Made by a program: the position numbers and the translations under genes. Below are positions 24,460 through 33,508 of a DNA stretch of 51,059 nt, piece by piece. Below the pieces are notes generated by a model that saw nothing but the letters and a program-made list of their open reading frames with translations, was not told where the DNA came from and did no database searches. Origin of the DNA: a virus. The DNA lies in IMG/VR virus record IMGVR_UViG_3300025816_000004; one strand, 5' to 3'. How positions within the stretch are numbered: the stretch's first letter is position 1; each line of letters opens with the position of its first letter.

Positions 24460-26378
24460 TAAATTATCTCACAAGTTCCTGCACTACATGCAAGCTCTTT
24501 AGTATTTTCAGTATTATCTTCTGTCTCATACTCTGTTATCTTAGACCAATCTACTATGTCTGTAGTTTTCTTTAACCATTTTCTATATTCATTATAAGTT
24601 ATCTCTTGATAAGGAGCTTGTTTATATGAATGATCTGAGTAAGGTAAGAAAGAGATACCAGATGTTTCATCTAGATTTTTATAAACCCAAGCTCCTACAT
24701 CTAATTGTTCTTCTTCTTTAACTGAGATTGTTACAGAAGGTTTATGCTCACACCATTTATCTTGATAGTCCTTCCAGATATTTAAGTGTTCAATAGCTGA
24801 TATATCTTTTCTAGTCAGCGCACCTTTAGGACTCTTCATAGGAAAGTAAAAGACATAAGTGTGTTCTGGTTTAGTAAGATCATCTTCATGATAGACTCCT
24901 GCATCTACCATTAATTTTGCTAAAGGATCTTTCTTATCTGCTCTGACGGTGCGAAGGTAGTATGGGCTATGTCTAGTGTGAATACCAGAAGCACTATTGA
25001 CCAGTTGACTTACTGTTCCGCTAGGTTTAACGCAGGTAATTGCTGCGGATTGGGGGATACCTAGTTTCTTAGCCCATACTTTATTAACGGATATTGACAG
25101 ATCTTTTAACTCTTGTAAATCTATCTTGCCATTTATCATATTAACATTGTCCATTATACCTGTAAGTGATACACCAAGCAATGACTCTTCTAAAGTATTG
25201 TGTTTCCATTTACTTGTCAGGTATCTAAAATTTGTTAGCGTAGCCTGGAATGTACCAAGTATAGTCGCTGCTTCTGTTTTAGTTTTTAAAGTATTAATAT
25301 CATCATCTTCTCTAACTACAACCTCAGTAAGATTACAGAATTGTTTATTGCGTAGAATAATTTCACTACAAGGATTACAACCAAAGTCTTTATAGTCTTC
25401 TCGCCTACCATTCTTTGATGCTTGTTTCTCTGCAGCTTGACGATTAAAGATACCACGCTCACCACTTTTAGATTCATACAAAGATAACCATTCACGCATA
25501 AAAGTACCTACGTCTGGTTTTTCTGTATAGGCTACAGAGTTATTAGCTAATGCTCTTTGCTGATTATCTTCCCACCAAGCACCTGACTTAGCATTACGCA
25601 TGCGACTGTCTGAGAGATTGCTAAGAGAGATTAAAGCACTTCGCCTTACTCCACCTACCACTACAACTTCTGCAATCTTACACATCAAATCATGACAGTT
25701 TAATGAATGAAGTTTTCTTTGTTGTTTCTCCATTGCATCTTTAAAAATATTAATAGTAAAATCAAACAACTCTTCAAGAGGATCTGGGCCACTTGCTCTG
25801 CCTCCAAAAGTTTTAAGTCTAGCACCATAAGGTCTAATGTTTGAAACATCCCATGTAGGAATCTGTCCTGCATATAGTAAAGACATAAGTTCTTTGTAGG
25901 ACTTTGCCCATCCAATCTTAGAATCAGCTACTTTAATAACAGTATCTGTAGGAAATAAATCCTCTGGTAAATCTGGTAATTGATTTATGTATTGACGTTC
26001 AACGCTAAACCCTACCCCTGTACCACACATAAGTATGTATAATGTTTCATCAAAAGCTCTAGGTGTATCAACAGCTACATAGCTACAGTTAAATCCTGCT
26101 ACGTTATCTTTTTCTAAAGCATTACCTGCTGACATCAATGCTCTCATACTTGGCATAACATCTAATGACAACACAGCTTTTTGTAATGTAGATCTAATTA
26201 CAGCATAGTCAACTTTATTTAATTTAGTATTTTGTACTATTTGTTTTCCAAAAAAATCAAAGTATCTTGTTACAGTTTCTTCCCAAGTTTCTCTACGTTG
26301 ATGTTCTTCATTCCATCTAGCATATCTGCTTAGATGTATAAACTGTTGATAGTTAGTAGGTAGTTCAGTAGTGTTCAT
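24459..26378 (-). CDS. nrdJ: Class II (adenosylcobalamin-dependent) ribonucleotide reductase (639 aa)
   Basis: NCSYVAVDTPRAFDETLYILMCGTGVGFSVE; active-site GCNPCSEIILRNKQFCNLTEV; C-terminal redox pair CSAGTCEII. Confidence 0.85.
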   Translation of the reverse strand: MNTTELPTNYQQFIHLSRYARWNEEHQRRETWEETVTRYFDFFGKQIVQNTKLNKVDYAVIRSTLQKAVLSLDVMPSMRALMSAGNALEKDNVAGFNCSYVAVDTPRAFDETLYILMCGTGVGFSVERQYINQLPDLPEDLFPTDTVIKVADSKIGWAKSYKELMSLLYAGQIPTWDVSNIRPYGARLKTFGGRASGPDPLEELFDFTINIFKDAMEKQQRKLHSLNCHDLMCKIAEVVVVGGVRRSALISLSNLSDSRMRNAKSGAWWEDNQQRALANNSVAYTEKPDVGTFMREWLSLYESKSGERGIFNRQAAEKQASKNGRREDYKDFGCNPCSEIILRNKQFCNLTEVVVREDDDINTLKTKTEAATILGTFQATLTNFRYLTSKWKHNTLEESLLGVSLTGIMDNVNMINGKIDLQELKDLSISVNKVWAKKLGIPQSAAITCVKPSGTVSQLVNSASGIHTRHSPYYLRTVRADKKDPLAKLMVDAGVYHEDDLTKPEHTYVFYFPMKSPKGALTRKDISAIEHLNIWKDYQDKWCEHKPSVTISVKEEEQLDVGAWVYKNLDETSGISFLPYSDHSYKQAPYQEITYNEYRKWLKKTTDIVDWSKITEYETEDNTENTKELACSAGTCEII

Positions 26379-26818
26379 TTGTATTCCTTTCCAATTTCAT
26401 TGTAATATAATTTTTTAAAGTTAATATCTTGTATTAAAGAAACAGGTAAAGAAGTTAACCCTGTGATTGTAGAAACATATTGTCTTGCATAAGGAAATAT
26501 TATGTTAGGACAATCTACAGCCAATGCTTCATCTATTTCTTCTTGCTTTGTATAATTTTTAAGACTAAAAAATCCTGAGTAAATAAAGTTTAATATGTAT
26601 AAAATTTTATTGTATGTTTTATCTTTAGCTATAAGTTCTAAAGCTAAAGTTATTTCATAGTTATCTTCATTGTTAATTTCAAAAGAAGAAAAAGAAGATG
26701 TACAATTCAATTCAGTAACTACTTCATTAGAAGTATTAAAAAAAATGTCAGGACTCTCTGGTATTTCAAGACTGCTTTCTTTTAAAAAAATTGCTTTTAT
26801 ATTTATCTCATTACTCAT
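26375..26818 (-). CDS. secB: SecB-like protein-export chaperone (147 aa)
   Basis: [23 protein letters not shown] vs E. coli SecB [61 protein letters not shown] vs [38 protein letters not shown] (recalled). Confidence 0.8.
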   Translation of the reverse strand: [147 protein letters not shown]

Positions 26819-27105
26819 AAGCTAAATGCCTGTGCTATTTGATAAGTTAATAATAAAAATATTGTAGAAGATAACATTAAAAATATAACAGGCATAAGAG
26901 CATCCCATAGTTTTACTTCTACTTCTAATGTTCCTTCTGTTCCGTTTACTGTAATTTGAAATGTAAGATAAGCAAAACATATTAAACTTTGTGTTAATGC
27001 AAGACCTGACATAATTAATGCTGCTCTTATATCTGCACTCCATATAAAGTATGATCCTATTACCATACCAAAGAAAGGTATCATGTATAATAATCTACTT
27101 AGCAT
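26815..27105 (-). CDS. Small integral membrane protein (96 aa, about 3 TM)
   Basis: Three hydrophobic helices; coupled to the secB-like gene. Confidence 0.75.
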   Translation of the reverse strand: MLSRLLYMIPFFGMVIGSYFIWSADIRAALIMSGLALTQSLICFAYLTFQITVNGTEGTLEVEVKLWDALMPVIFLMLSSTIFLLLTYQIAQAFSL

Positions 27106-27337
27106 TGTAATACTCCACTTCTGTATCTTCTATTGTTGCTAAGAGTCTAGCTTCATACCATTCTGCTTTCTTTAAATCTTCTACTCCGTTTTTGTATCTG
27201 TATCTCCATCTATATTTCTGTGAGTTACCGCGCAAATATCCAATATATTCTTCTGTACTTAGCATAGCTTTAATAGCATCAATACATTCAATCTTTCCTT
27301 GATTATAATGGTCTGGATTATTAACTACATCTGTCAT
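27095..27337 (-). CDS. DUF3310-family phage protein (80 aa)
   Basis: NPDHYNQGKIECIDAI ... GNSQKYRWRYRYKNGVEDLKKAEWY matches the P-x-HY / E-x-I / KY-x-x-R / DL-x-KA pattern. Confidence 0.7.
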   Translation of the reverse strand: MTDVVNNPDHYNQGKIECIDAIKAMLSTEEYIGYLRGNSQKYRWRYRYKNGVEDLKKAEWYEARLLATIEDTEVEYYNAK

Positions 27338-27609
27338 TATTTTAACTCCTTTCTAATATCACTAATATATGCACAAGCTACTTCACAATCTTTCCAACTA
27401 GGATTTCCTTCATTTGGATCAAAAGAAATAGTTTCTGGTTCAAAGTTATTGTCACAATAAATACATAGTAACTCTGTTATATATTCAAGCTTGTCTATAG
27501 GAGTTGGATTTCTTTTAATAGATTCACTTGGTCTATATCTTTCATTAATTTTTCTTGCTTCTAATAATTCATTATATGCTTCTTCATCAAGTCCTGTTTT
27601 TTCAATCAT
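27337..27609 (-). CDS. Hypothetical protein (90 aa)
   Basis: ORF in the operon, TAATG-type coupling. Confidence 0.7.
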   Translation of the reverse strand: MIEKTGLDEEAYNELLEARKINERYRPSESIKRNPTPIDKLEYITELLCIYCDNNFEPETISFDPNEGNPSWKDCEVACAYISDIRKELK

Positions 27610-28022
27610 TATTTAAACTCCTTTGGTAAAGTTTCTTCACTATACCATTTAAAATTATTTGCTTCTGCCCATTCAGCGTGAGTTCTTTTAGTACCGTCTT
27701 TTCTTTTCTTAGCTCCTGGCATAGGGGCATAAGGTTTTTGAAATAAAAATATAAGTTCCATTGTAGCAGGTAAAGACTTTCTGATCCAGATGTACTTACT
27801 ATATTCTGCGTGATCCCAGAATCTACCTTTAGCTTCAATAAGTATTTTATCTTTTATAAAGTCAGGCTCATACTTATGTTCTACAATGTAAGGTACTTTA
27901 TCTGTATGATGATTCCAAGACTTAAGTAAAGTTTGATGTAAAGTATATTCCCATTTACTATCATATCCTTTAGGAACATTCTTTTCTCTAGGCCTTACCT
28001 TGCGTGGAAATCTTCTAGGCAT
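27609..28022 (-). CDS. Phage endonuclease I (T7 gp3-like Holliday junction resolvase, 137 aa)
   Basis: SKWEYTLHQTL ... VPYIVEHKYEPDFI..ILIEAKGRFW resembles T7 gp3 SGLEDKV..VPYVI..HTYTPDFLL..IFVETKG. Confidence 0.7.
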   Translation of the reverse strand: MPRRFPRKVRPREKNVPKGYDSKWEYTLHQTLLKSWNHHTDKVPYIVEHKYEPDFIKDKILIEAKGRFWDHAEYSKYIWIRKSLPATMELIFLFQKPYAPMPGAKKRKDGTKRTHAEWAEANNFKWYSEETLPKEFK

Positions 28023-28872
28023 GCACTTCTTCTACTTTAGGTAAACGTACAACTTTAGTTAGATATGTAAAGCCTGTAGAGTATTTAAAAGTTCTTAAAC
28101 CTTTACCTTCATTAGCATCTGCATGACATACAAATTTATGTGGACACCATTTACATTCTGTAGGTAACTGCATGTTACCATAAGATCCATTAGGTACAGT
28201 ATCATGGCATCTAGCAGGAGGTGTTTTCTTTTTTAATTGTTTATTAAGGGTATCAATCTTTTGTTTAATGTTAGGCTTATCTAAACTCTGAGGTTTAAAT
28301 AAACTTAGTTCCCCTGACTCTTTGTTAATAGCTAAGAAGCCTCCACCTGTAGATTGTTCTGCTTCTTCGTAGCCTGCAAGCTGTGCAAGATAACCAAAAG
28401 AATCTTTGTTAGGTAGTGTACCATCTTTAAATTTTCTAAAGGCAAAGTTAGAAGCTGACTTAATATCTACAACTTCTCCATCTATCTTACAATCCATATG
28501 CCCTTTGATTCCTTTAACTTTAACTTCTTTTTGTTGATCTGTTATTTTATGTCCTGATAAATTAACCAAGAACAAAACAACTTCTTCTAGTAAGTGACCA
28601 TACAAAAATTTAATTTGAGTAGAAGCATCTATAATATTTTCTTTAGGATCTAATTTCATATCATACCAAAGCTGTCTTTCAGGCTTACCTATATTAGACA
28701 TGCGTAAGTATGGTTTCTTTACTTCTCTGGGAGTAAGCCAATGTTTCATAGCTGACTTCATACCTGCTGCAAATTCATCTAATTGTTTCTCAGTAACCTT
28801 TAAAGTTTTACCGTCACTAATTTTAGATACTTCTTTATAGATGTCTTCTACTACTGTATCTAATTTCTTCAT
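28015..28872 (-). CDS. PD-(D/E)XK exonuclease, Cas4/RecB-like with C-terminal Cys cluster (285 aa)
   Basis: GHMDCKIDGEVVDIKS (D ... D/E-x-K); C-terminal C-x2-C-x5-C (CKWCPHKFVC) plus an upstream Cys. Confidence 0.65.
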   Translation of the reverse strand: MKKLDTVVEDIYKEVSKISDGKTLKVTEKQLDEFAAGMKSAMKHWLTPREVKKPYLRMSNIGKPERQLWYDMKLDPKENIIDASTQIKFLYGHLLEEVVLFLVNLSGHKITDQQKEVKVKGIKGHMDCKIDGEVVDIKSASNFAFRKFKDGTLPNKDSFGYLAQLAGYEEAEQSTGGGFLAINKESGELSLFKPQSLDKPNIKQKIDTLNKQLKKKTPPARCHDTVPNGSYGNMQLPTECKWCPHKFVCHADANEGKGLRTFKYSTGFTYLTKVVRLPKVEEVHA

Positions 28873-29327
28873 TTTAATTTTCCTTTTAAATATTTAATAC
28901 ATCTTTTAAGAGTATCTGTACTATCTAATACTCTACCTAATGCTGTGTTACAATCATGGCAGATATATCCTCTAAACGTTTCAGTATCATGACAATGATC
29001 TAATGTCCAAGGAGTTAATTTTTTCCATCTACCATTTCTTTTTAATTCTTTTTCATCTCTTAAACATAAAGGACATTGATAGTTTGGATCAGTAGGAAAA
29101 GGATTTGTTTGCCTTAACATATCTACTGTTTTATCTTTACTAATTTTACACTCTGAACATATTGTATGGCGAGAAGGTTCTGTTCCTTCTGCTACTTTGT
29201 TTCTAATACCAAAAAACTTTTTATCTTTTTTAATATTACAATGTCTACATCTTATTGTATCACTTTCTTTTTCTACATACATTGAATTATCTATCTTAAA
29301 AAGATTTAATTGTTCAGTGTGTTTCAC
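28869..29327 (-). CDS. Recombination endonuclease VII family protein (152 aa)
   Basis: CPLC ... LDHCHDTETFRGYICHDCNTALGR (endo VII signature); additional N-terminal CxxC..CxxC. Confidence 0.8.
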   Translation of the reverse strand: MKHTEQLNLFKIDNSMYVEKESDTIRCRHCNIKKDKKFFGIRNKVAEGTEPSRHTICSECKISKDKTVDMLRQTNPFPTDPNYQCPLCLRDEKELKRNGRWKKLTPWTLDHCHDTETFRGYICHDCNTALGRVLDSTDTLKRCIKYLKGKLK

Positions 29328-31107
29328 TCCAGTTATCTCCTATTTGATACTCTCCATCTAAAGGGCAATTAAGATTTAAAACTTGTTGTGTATCTCTTAT
29401 AGCCTGGACTCCTAGTTGCCCTACTTGATCAGCTTGATCTTCTTTAACTTCTATCTGCCATTCATCATGTACATTAGCTACAAAATGTGCATTTAGTCCA
29501 AGTTCTTTTATGCGATTATCTAATAAGACAAGTGCAGTCTTCATAATAACAGCACCTCCTCCTTGCAATAAAGTATTCAAAGCAGAATAAACTTTTCTAA
29601 TATGTATTACTCTACCGTCTAATGCTTTAAGATACTTTCTTGTTTGTGCCGCTCTTTCAACAGAAGTTGTAAGATTTCCAAGCGAGGGTAAATTGCGGAT
29701 AAAACTAGATCTAAGTGTTGCACCTGCTTTAGCATTTCCTCCAACCACACTTCCAATTTTTGCATCTCCTGCTCCGTAGATGAGGGCATAGATGAAAGTT
29801 TTAGCCTGACTGCGTGATCCAAGTCTAGCAAGGTTTTGATTTGTTGTGTGAATATCTCCGTTGACGATTTCATTTATGTATTCCTTATTCTTCATGTAAT
29901 GTGCTAATACTCTAAGCTCCAAACCAGATGCATCTATACCTACTAACTTATATCCTTCTGGTACTGTCCAACATTCTCTACATTCTTTACCATAAGGTTT
30001 ATTAGAGCTTGGTGTTTGAGCAACGTTTGGACTGCGGTGTGTCATTCTTCCTGTGATAGCTCCGTTAGGTATAACAAATCCATGAACCCTGCTATCCTTA
30101 GATAATTCTAACCAAGAAGAAACTTGTGCTACTCTTTTTTGTAACATCATAAACTCAGATATAAGTGTAGCTTCTGGTATACCTTTAACTTTTTCTAAAG
30201 TACTTTCATCTACAATAGGCTGACCAGTAGGTGTAAACTTTTTTGGTTTCCATCCAAAGTCTATAAGGTATTCACCAATTTGTTTTCTACTAGCAAGATT
30301 AAACTCTACCCACTTCTGCCGCATAAAAGGTTTGTAGTCAGTAGCTTTAACTTTAATAAGTTCTTCATCAGTTAACTTAGGTACTTTAGATAACGAACCA
30401 TCTTTATTAAACTTAGGAGTTATTAATCTATCGTCTACCCATTTAGGTTTAAAAGTTTGATGTACTTGTTGTTCAAGTGTGGCCATCTTAGATTGTAACT
30501 TAGATGAAAGCATAGTAGCTTTTTGTTCATCCAACATAAAACCATGCAGCTCTTGTTCTTTCATAATCTTAGCTACAGAATGTTCAAGATCAATAGACTC
30601 TTGGCTAAAATTTACAGCATCTTTTAATAATCTATAATATATTTCTGCATTAAGTTCTACATCTTGTATGCAATACTCTGCCATTTCTTCAGTGTATTCT
30701 TCCCAACTATCAGGCTGATTACCTTTTCTTTTTTCTGCATTGTTAGGGTATAGATAGTATCCCCAGTTTTCTAAGCTGTGTCCTCCAGGAAAAACAGGAT
30801 TAACCAAACGAGATACAACAAGAGTATCTTCAATATGTTTAGTAAGTTTAAGATTAAAATGTTTGAGCAGGACAGGGATATCAAATCCTATAATATTATG
30901 CCCAATCAAAACGTCTGCGCTTTCTAATAGATCTGCCCCTTCTTGAAGTTTATCAGGAGGGAACAAGTAAGTTCCCCCTCCAATAACTTTGGCAACGATA
31001 CAATGAATAGTGTTACCTTCAAGACCTTCTGTTTCTATATCAAAGATTACTTTTTTAAAACGGTGATGTGCTATTTTGTTGGGGAGAGAAATCAATGTCT
31101 GTTTCAT
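29314..31107 (-). CDS. Family A DNA polymerase with 3'-5' exonuclease (T7 gp5-like, 597 aa)
   Basis: Exo motifs DIETEG, HNIIGFDIPVL, YCIQDVELN; pol motifs DASGLELRVLAH (A), RSQAKTFIYALIYGAG (B), VHDEWQ (C). Start set at ATG 31107 (MKQTLISL). Confidence 0.9.
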   Translation of the reverse strand: MKQTLISLPNKIAHHRFKKVIFDIETEGLEGNTIHCIVAKVIGGGTYLFPPDKLQEGADLLESADVLIGHNIIGFDIPVLLKHFNLKLTKHIEDTLVVSRLVNPVFPGGHSLENWGYYLYPNNAEKRKGNQPDSWEEYTEEMAEYCIQDVELNAEIYYRLLKDAVNFSQESIDLEHSVAKIMKEQELHGFMLDEQKATMLSSKLQSKMATLEQQVHQTFKPKWVDDRLITPKFNKDGSLSKVPKLTDEELIKVKATDYKPFMRQKWVEFNLASRKQIGEYLIDFGWKPKKFTPTGQPIVDESTLEKVKGIPEATLISEFMMLQKRVAQVSSWLELSKDSRVHGFVIPNGAITGRMTHRSPNVAQTPSSNKPYGKECRECWTVPEGYKLVGIDASGLELRVLAHYMKNKEYINEIVNGDIHTTNQNLARLGSRSQAKTFIYALIYGAGDAKIGSVVGGNAKAGATLRSSFIRNLPSLGNLTTSVERAAQTRKYLKALDGRVIHIRKVYSALNTLLQGGGAVIMKTALVLLDNRIKELGLNAHFVANVHDEWQIEVKEDQADQVGQLGVQAIRDTQQVLNLNCPLDGEYQIGDNWSETH

Positions 31108-32704
31108 AAAGTCTTCCTGTGTCTGAATTATATTTAAGGCTACAAGCAAGTCCAGTATCCCCTGTGTATCTAGATTTTAAAACTCTTACCCTTGTTGTAT
31201 TAGCTTCTTCTATATCATCTGCTTGTTGATTTCTTTCTAAGGCTATTACACAATCTGATAGTTGTGATATTCCTTGTGATCCTTTTAAATGAGAAAGAGA
31301 TACTTCAATACCTTGTTCATGTCCTTTCTCACCTGCTGCTCTTCTAAGATGTGAAACAAGTATCATACCTACTCCTGTTTCTTCTACTAAAGATCTAAGG
31401 CGATTCATAAGATTATCAATACCTCTTCTTTCATCACCTTCTGTCATTACATTTACAAGCATATGTAAGTGATCTACTACTACCCATTCACATTCACAGC
31501 CTACTATAATGTATCTAAGTTTAGAAAAGATTTCATCTATATTTGTTGCACCAAGATGAGCATGGATAAAGACTCTACCATCTTCAATTACATTGTCAAA
31601 TAAATTTTCTAATTGTTCATTAGAATAGTTAGCTCTTTTCTCAGCTAAATAAATTCTATCGTTAGCTTCTATAGATATAATTCCATCTGCTGTTCTAAGC
31701 CAGTTCTCTTCTAGAGCTACAATGCCTACATTATCTGTAGTGTTTTTAATAAGCCAATGTTCTAGTTCTCTAGTCACACTAGACTTACCTAATCCTGTGC
31801 CTCCAGTAAGAGTAACTAACTCTCCTTTGCGCATACCATATAGTTTTTTATTCAAGCCTTCCCATGGATAAGGAATACTTTCTTTGTCTTCACGTTGTAA
31901 CCAATCATTCTTTTTGCTAGACAATTCCAGGATACCTGATGGTGTATATGTTTTAGCTTCCCACCAAGCTTTAGTAAACTCTTCAAACTTACCTTGCTTA
32001 AGCATATCATTAGCATCTTTAAAGCCTGTAGGAAAAGACATGATCTTAGTTTTATTAGGCTTTAGTATTCTTGCTACTTGTCTAGCTGCTTTCTGTCCTG
32101 CATCATCATTATCAAATGCAAGTACTACATTCTCATAAGCTTCTACAAACTCTATGCTTTCTCTTATATCTTTTACAGCAGAAGCACACCCACGTTTAAG
32201 AGATACTACTGCCCACTTACCTCCAAAGATTTGATGTACTGCCATAGCATCACATTCACCTTCTGTAATTGTAAGATATTTACCACCTGTATTTCTATAC
32301 AACTGCTCACCAAACAATCCTGTACCTTCAAAGTTACCACCAGAATAAAACTTCTTAGTATCTACCTCTCTAGTTTTAGTAGCAGATACTTCGTTGTTAT
32401 TGTAGTAAGGATATACATGTTTGTTTGGACTAGATAAAACTCCAAAAGTTTTTGCTGTCTTTAAACTAATCTTTCTATCTTCAAGAGCATTGTATGATCC
32501 CTTGTAAGATTGTAAAAAAGAATTTATATCTGTAGGTAGAGTACTTACTGATGGTGAAGGCTCACCAAATAATTTAGGCGGTGTTCTTTTGTTACATCCA
32601 AAACAATAGGTATGGCCATCATCATATAAACTATTGTTATCTTTACTTCCACAAGATTCACATGGAATGTGTTTAATAAATTTGCTGTTGTTATTTGTAT
32701 TCAA
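31055..32704 (-). CDS. Bifunctional primase-helicase (T7 gp4-like, 549 aa; TTG start)
   Basis: Zn finger CESCGS..YCFGC; TOPRIM ITEGECDAMAV / AFDNDDAG; DnaB-type Walker A TGGTGLGKS and VVVDHL; SD GGGGAAG upstream of TTG. Confidence 0.9.
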   Translation of the reverse strand: MNTNNNSKFIKHIPCESCGSKDNNSLYDDGHTYCFGCNKRTPPKLFGEPSPSVSTLPTDINSFLQSYKGSYNALEDRKISLKTAKTFGVLSSPNKHVYPYYNNNEVSATKTREVDTKKFYSGGNFEGTGLFGEQLYRNTGGKYLTITEGECDAMAVHQIFGGKWAVVSLKRGCASAVKDIRESIEFVEAYENVVLAFDNDDAGQKAARQVARILKPNKTKIMSFPTGFKDANDMLKQGKFEEFTKAWWEAKTYTPSGILELSSKKNDWLQREDKESIPYPWEGLNKKLYGMRKGELVTLTGGTGLGKSSVTRELEHWLIKNTTDNVGIVALEENWLRTADGIISIEANDRIYLAEKRANYSNEQLENLFDNVIEDGRVFIHAHLGATNIDEIFSKLRYIIVGCECEWVVVDHLHMLVNVMTEGDERRGIDNLMNRLRSLVEETGVGMILVSHLRRAAGEKGHEQGIEVSLSHLKGSQGISQLSDCVIALERNQQADDIEEANTTRVRVLKSRYTGDTGLACSLKYNSDTGRLYETDIDFSPQQNSTSPF

Positions 32705-32733
32705 TTTACTTCCCCAAGTTTAAGATAAAGATG

Positions 32734-32802
32734 CTAGGTACTTCTTACACTATCTTCAAGGAACTCGCACAACCAATGCAAAAGAAACTAAGAAGCACCT
32801 AG
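32734..32802 (-). promoter_or_regulatory. Long-range inverted repeat (14-bp arms, 41-nt loop) in the intergenic leader of the primase-helicase gene
   Basis: CTAGGTACTTCTTA (32734-32747) vs TAAGAAGCACCTAG (32789-32802); 13/14 Watson-Crick plus one G-U on the minus-strand RNA. Confidence 0.4.
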
Positions 32803-32809
32803 CGTTATT

Positions 32810-33034
32810 TTATTTAGATTTTTTTGTAGTGACTTTCTCCTCTTTTTTTATTTCATCACTTAACAAAGCACAACCATGATTGATTTCCCATTGTGCAGAT
32901 TCTAATTCATCAATAGCTTTTGCTTTCTTTTGATTAGCTAATTGTAATTTTAAAAACAATCTGCGTGGTTCACCTCTTGGTAAATCATTGACTGTATATT
33001 TCTTTTTATCTAAAGTAATAAAGGCTTCGCTCAT
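32810..33034 (-). CDS. Hypothetical protein (74 aa)
   Basis: ORF immediately downstream of the SSB. Confidence 0.7.
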   Translation of the reverse strand: MSEAFITLDKKKYTVNDLPRGEPRRLFLKLQLANQKKAKAIDELESAQWEINHGCALLSDEIKKEEKVTTKKSK

Positions 33035-33490
33035 TTAGAAATCCCCTTCATCATACATTCCAGATCCATCTGGCTCATTGTATTCTACTAAATCAACAAG
33101 CTGTACTGCCCTAAGATCTCTGCCTTTACCTGCTTTACCTTGATAATTCCAAGCGTATTCTTTGTATTGAATTTTAACAGTAGATCCATTCCCTATATTA
33201 GGTAGAGTATCTACACGCTTACGGTTTTCATCTACTAATAAAGGTCTAGTATTTTGTCCACCGCCTTTCCTATCTACATTTCTTTTGAAGTGAATGAACC
33301 TACCAAAGTCTTTTTCTTTTATGGGATGTCCTCTGTTTTCAAACTCAGTTAAAGTATCATCATCTAATACTAAACTAACTTCCCATTTAGAATCAAACGT
33401 AGTATTTGGAGTTACTACATTTGCATAGTAAGCGCGACCTGTAACTTCGCCAACACCACTTGCAGCATTAAAAGTATTTTCTTCTGCCAT
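33035..33490 (-). CDS. ssDNA-binding protein, T7 gp2.5-like / DUF2815 (151 aa)
   Basis: OB-fold-like N-terminus (GRAYYANVVTPNT..KWEVSLVL) and an acidic C-terminal tail ending DEGDF, as in T7 gp2.5 (..DGDF). Confidence 0.7.
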   Translation of the reverse strand: MAEENTFNAASGVGEVTGRAYYANVVTPNTTFDSKWEVSLVLDDDTLTEFENRGHPIKEKDFGRFIHFKRNVDRKGGGQNTRPLLVDENRKRVDTLPNIGNGSTVKIQYKEYAWNYQGKAGKGRDLRAVQLVDLVEYNEPDGSGMYDEGDF

Positions 33491-33508
33491 TTTCTTTTCC
33501 TTTTCAGT

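Noticed and set aside
25126-27838. Track ORFs 25126..25395 (+), 25700..25915 (-), 26822..27043 (-) and 27602..27838 (-)
   Set aside because: They are alternative-frame or antisense ORFs nested in the RNR gene, the membrane-protein gene and the endonuclease I gene, which have clear homology or topology signals.
29619-32437. Track ORFs 29619..29873 (-), 30943..31137 (+), 31884..32138 (+), 32078..32437 (+), and the 31108..31149 extension of the polymerase
   Set aside because: They are nested in or antisense to the polymerase and primase-helicase genes. The polymerase extension MLVALNIIQTQEDF has no SD and increases the overlap.
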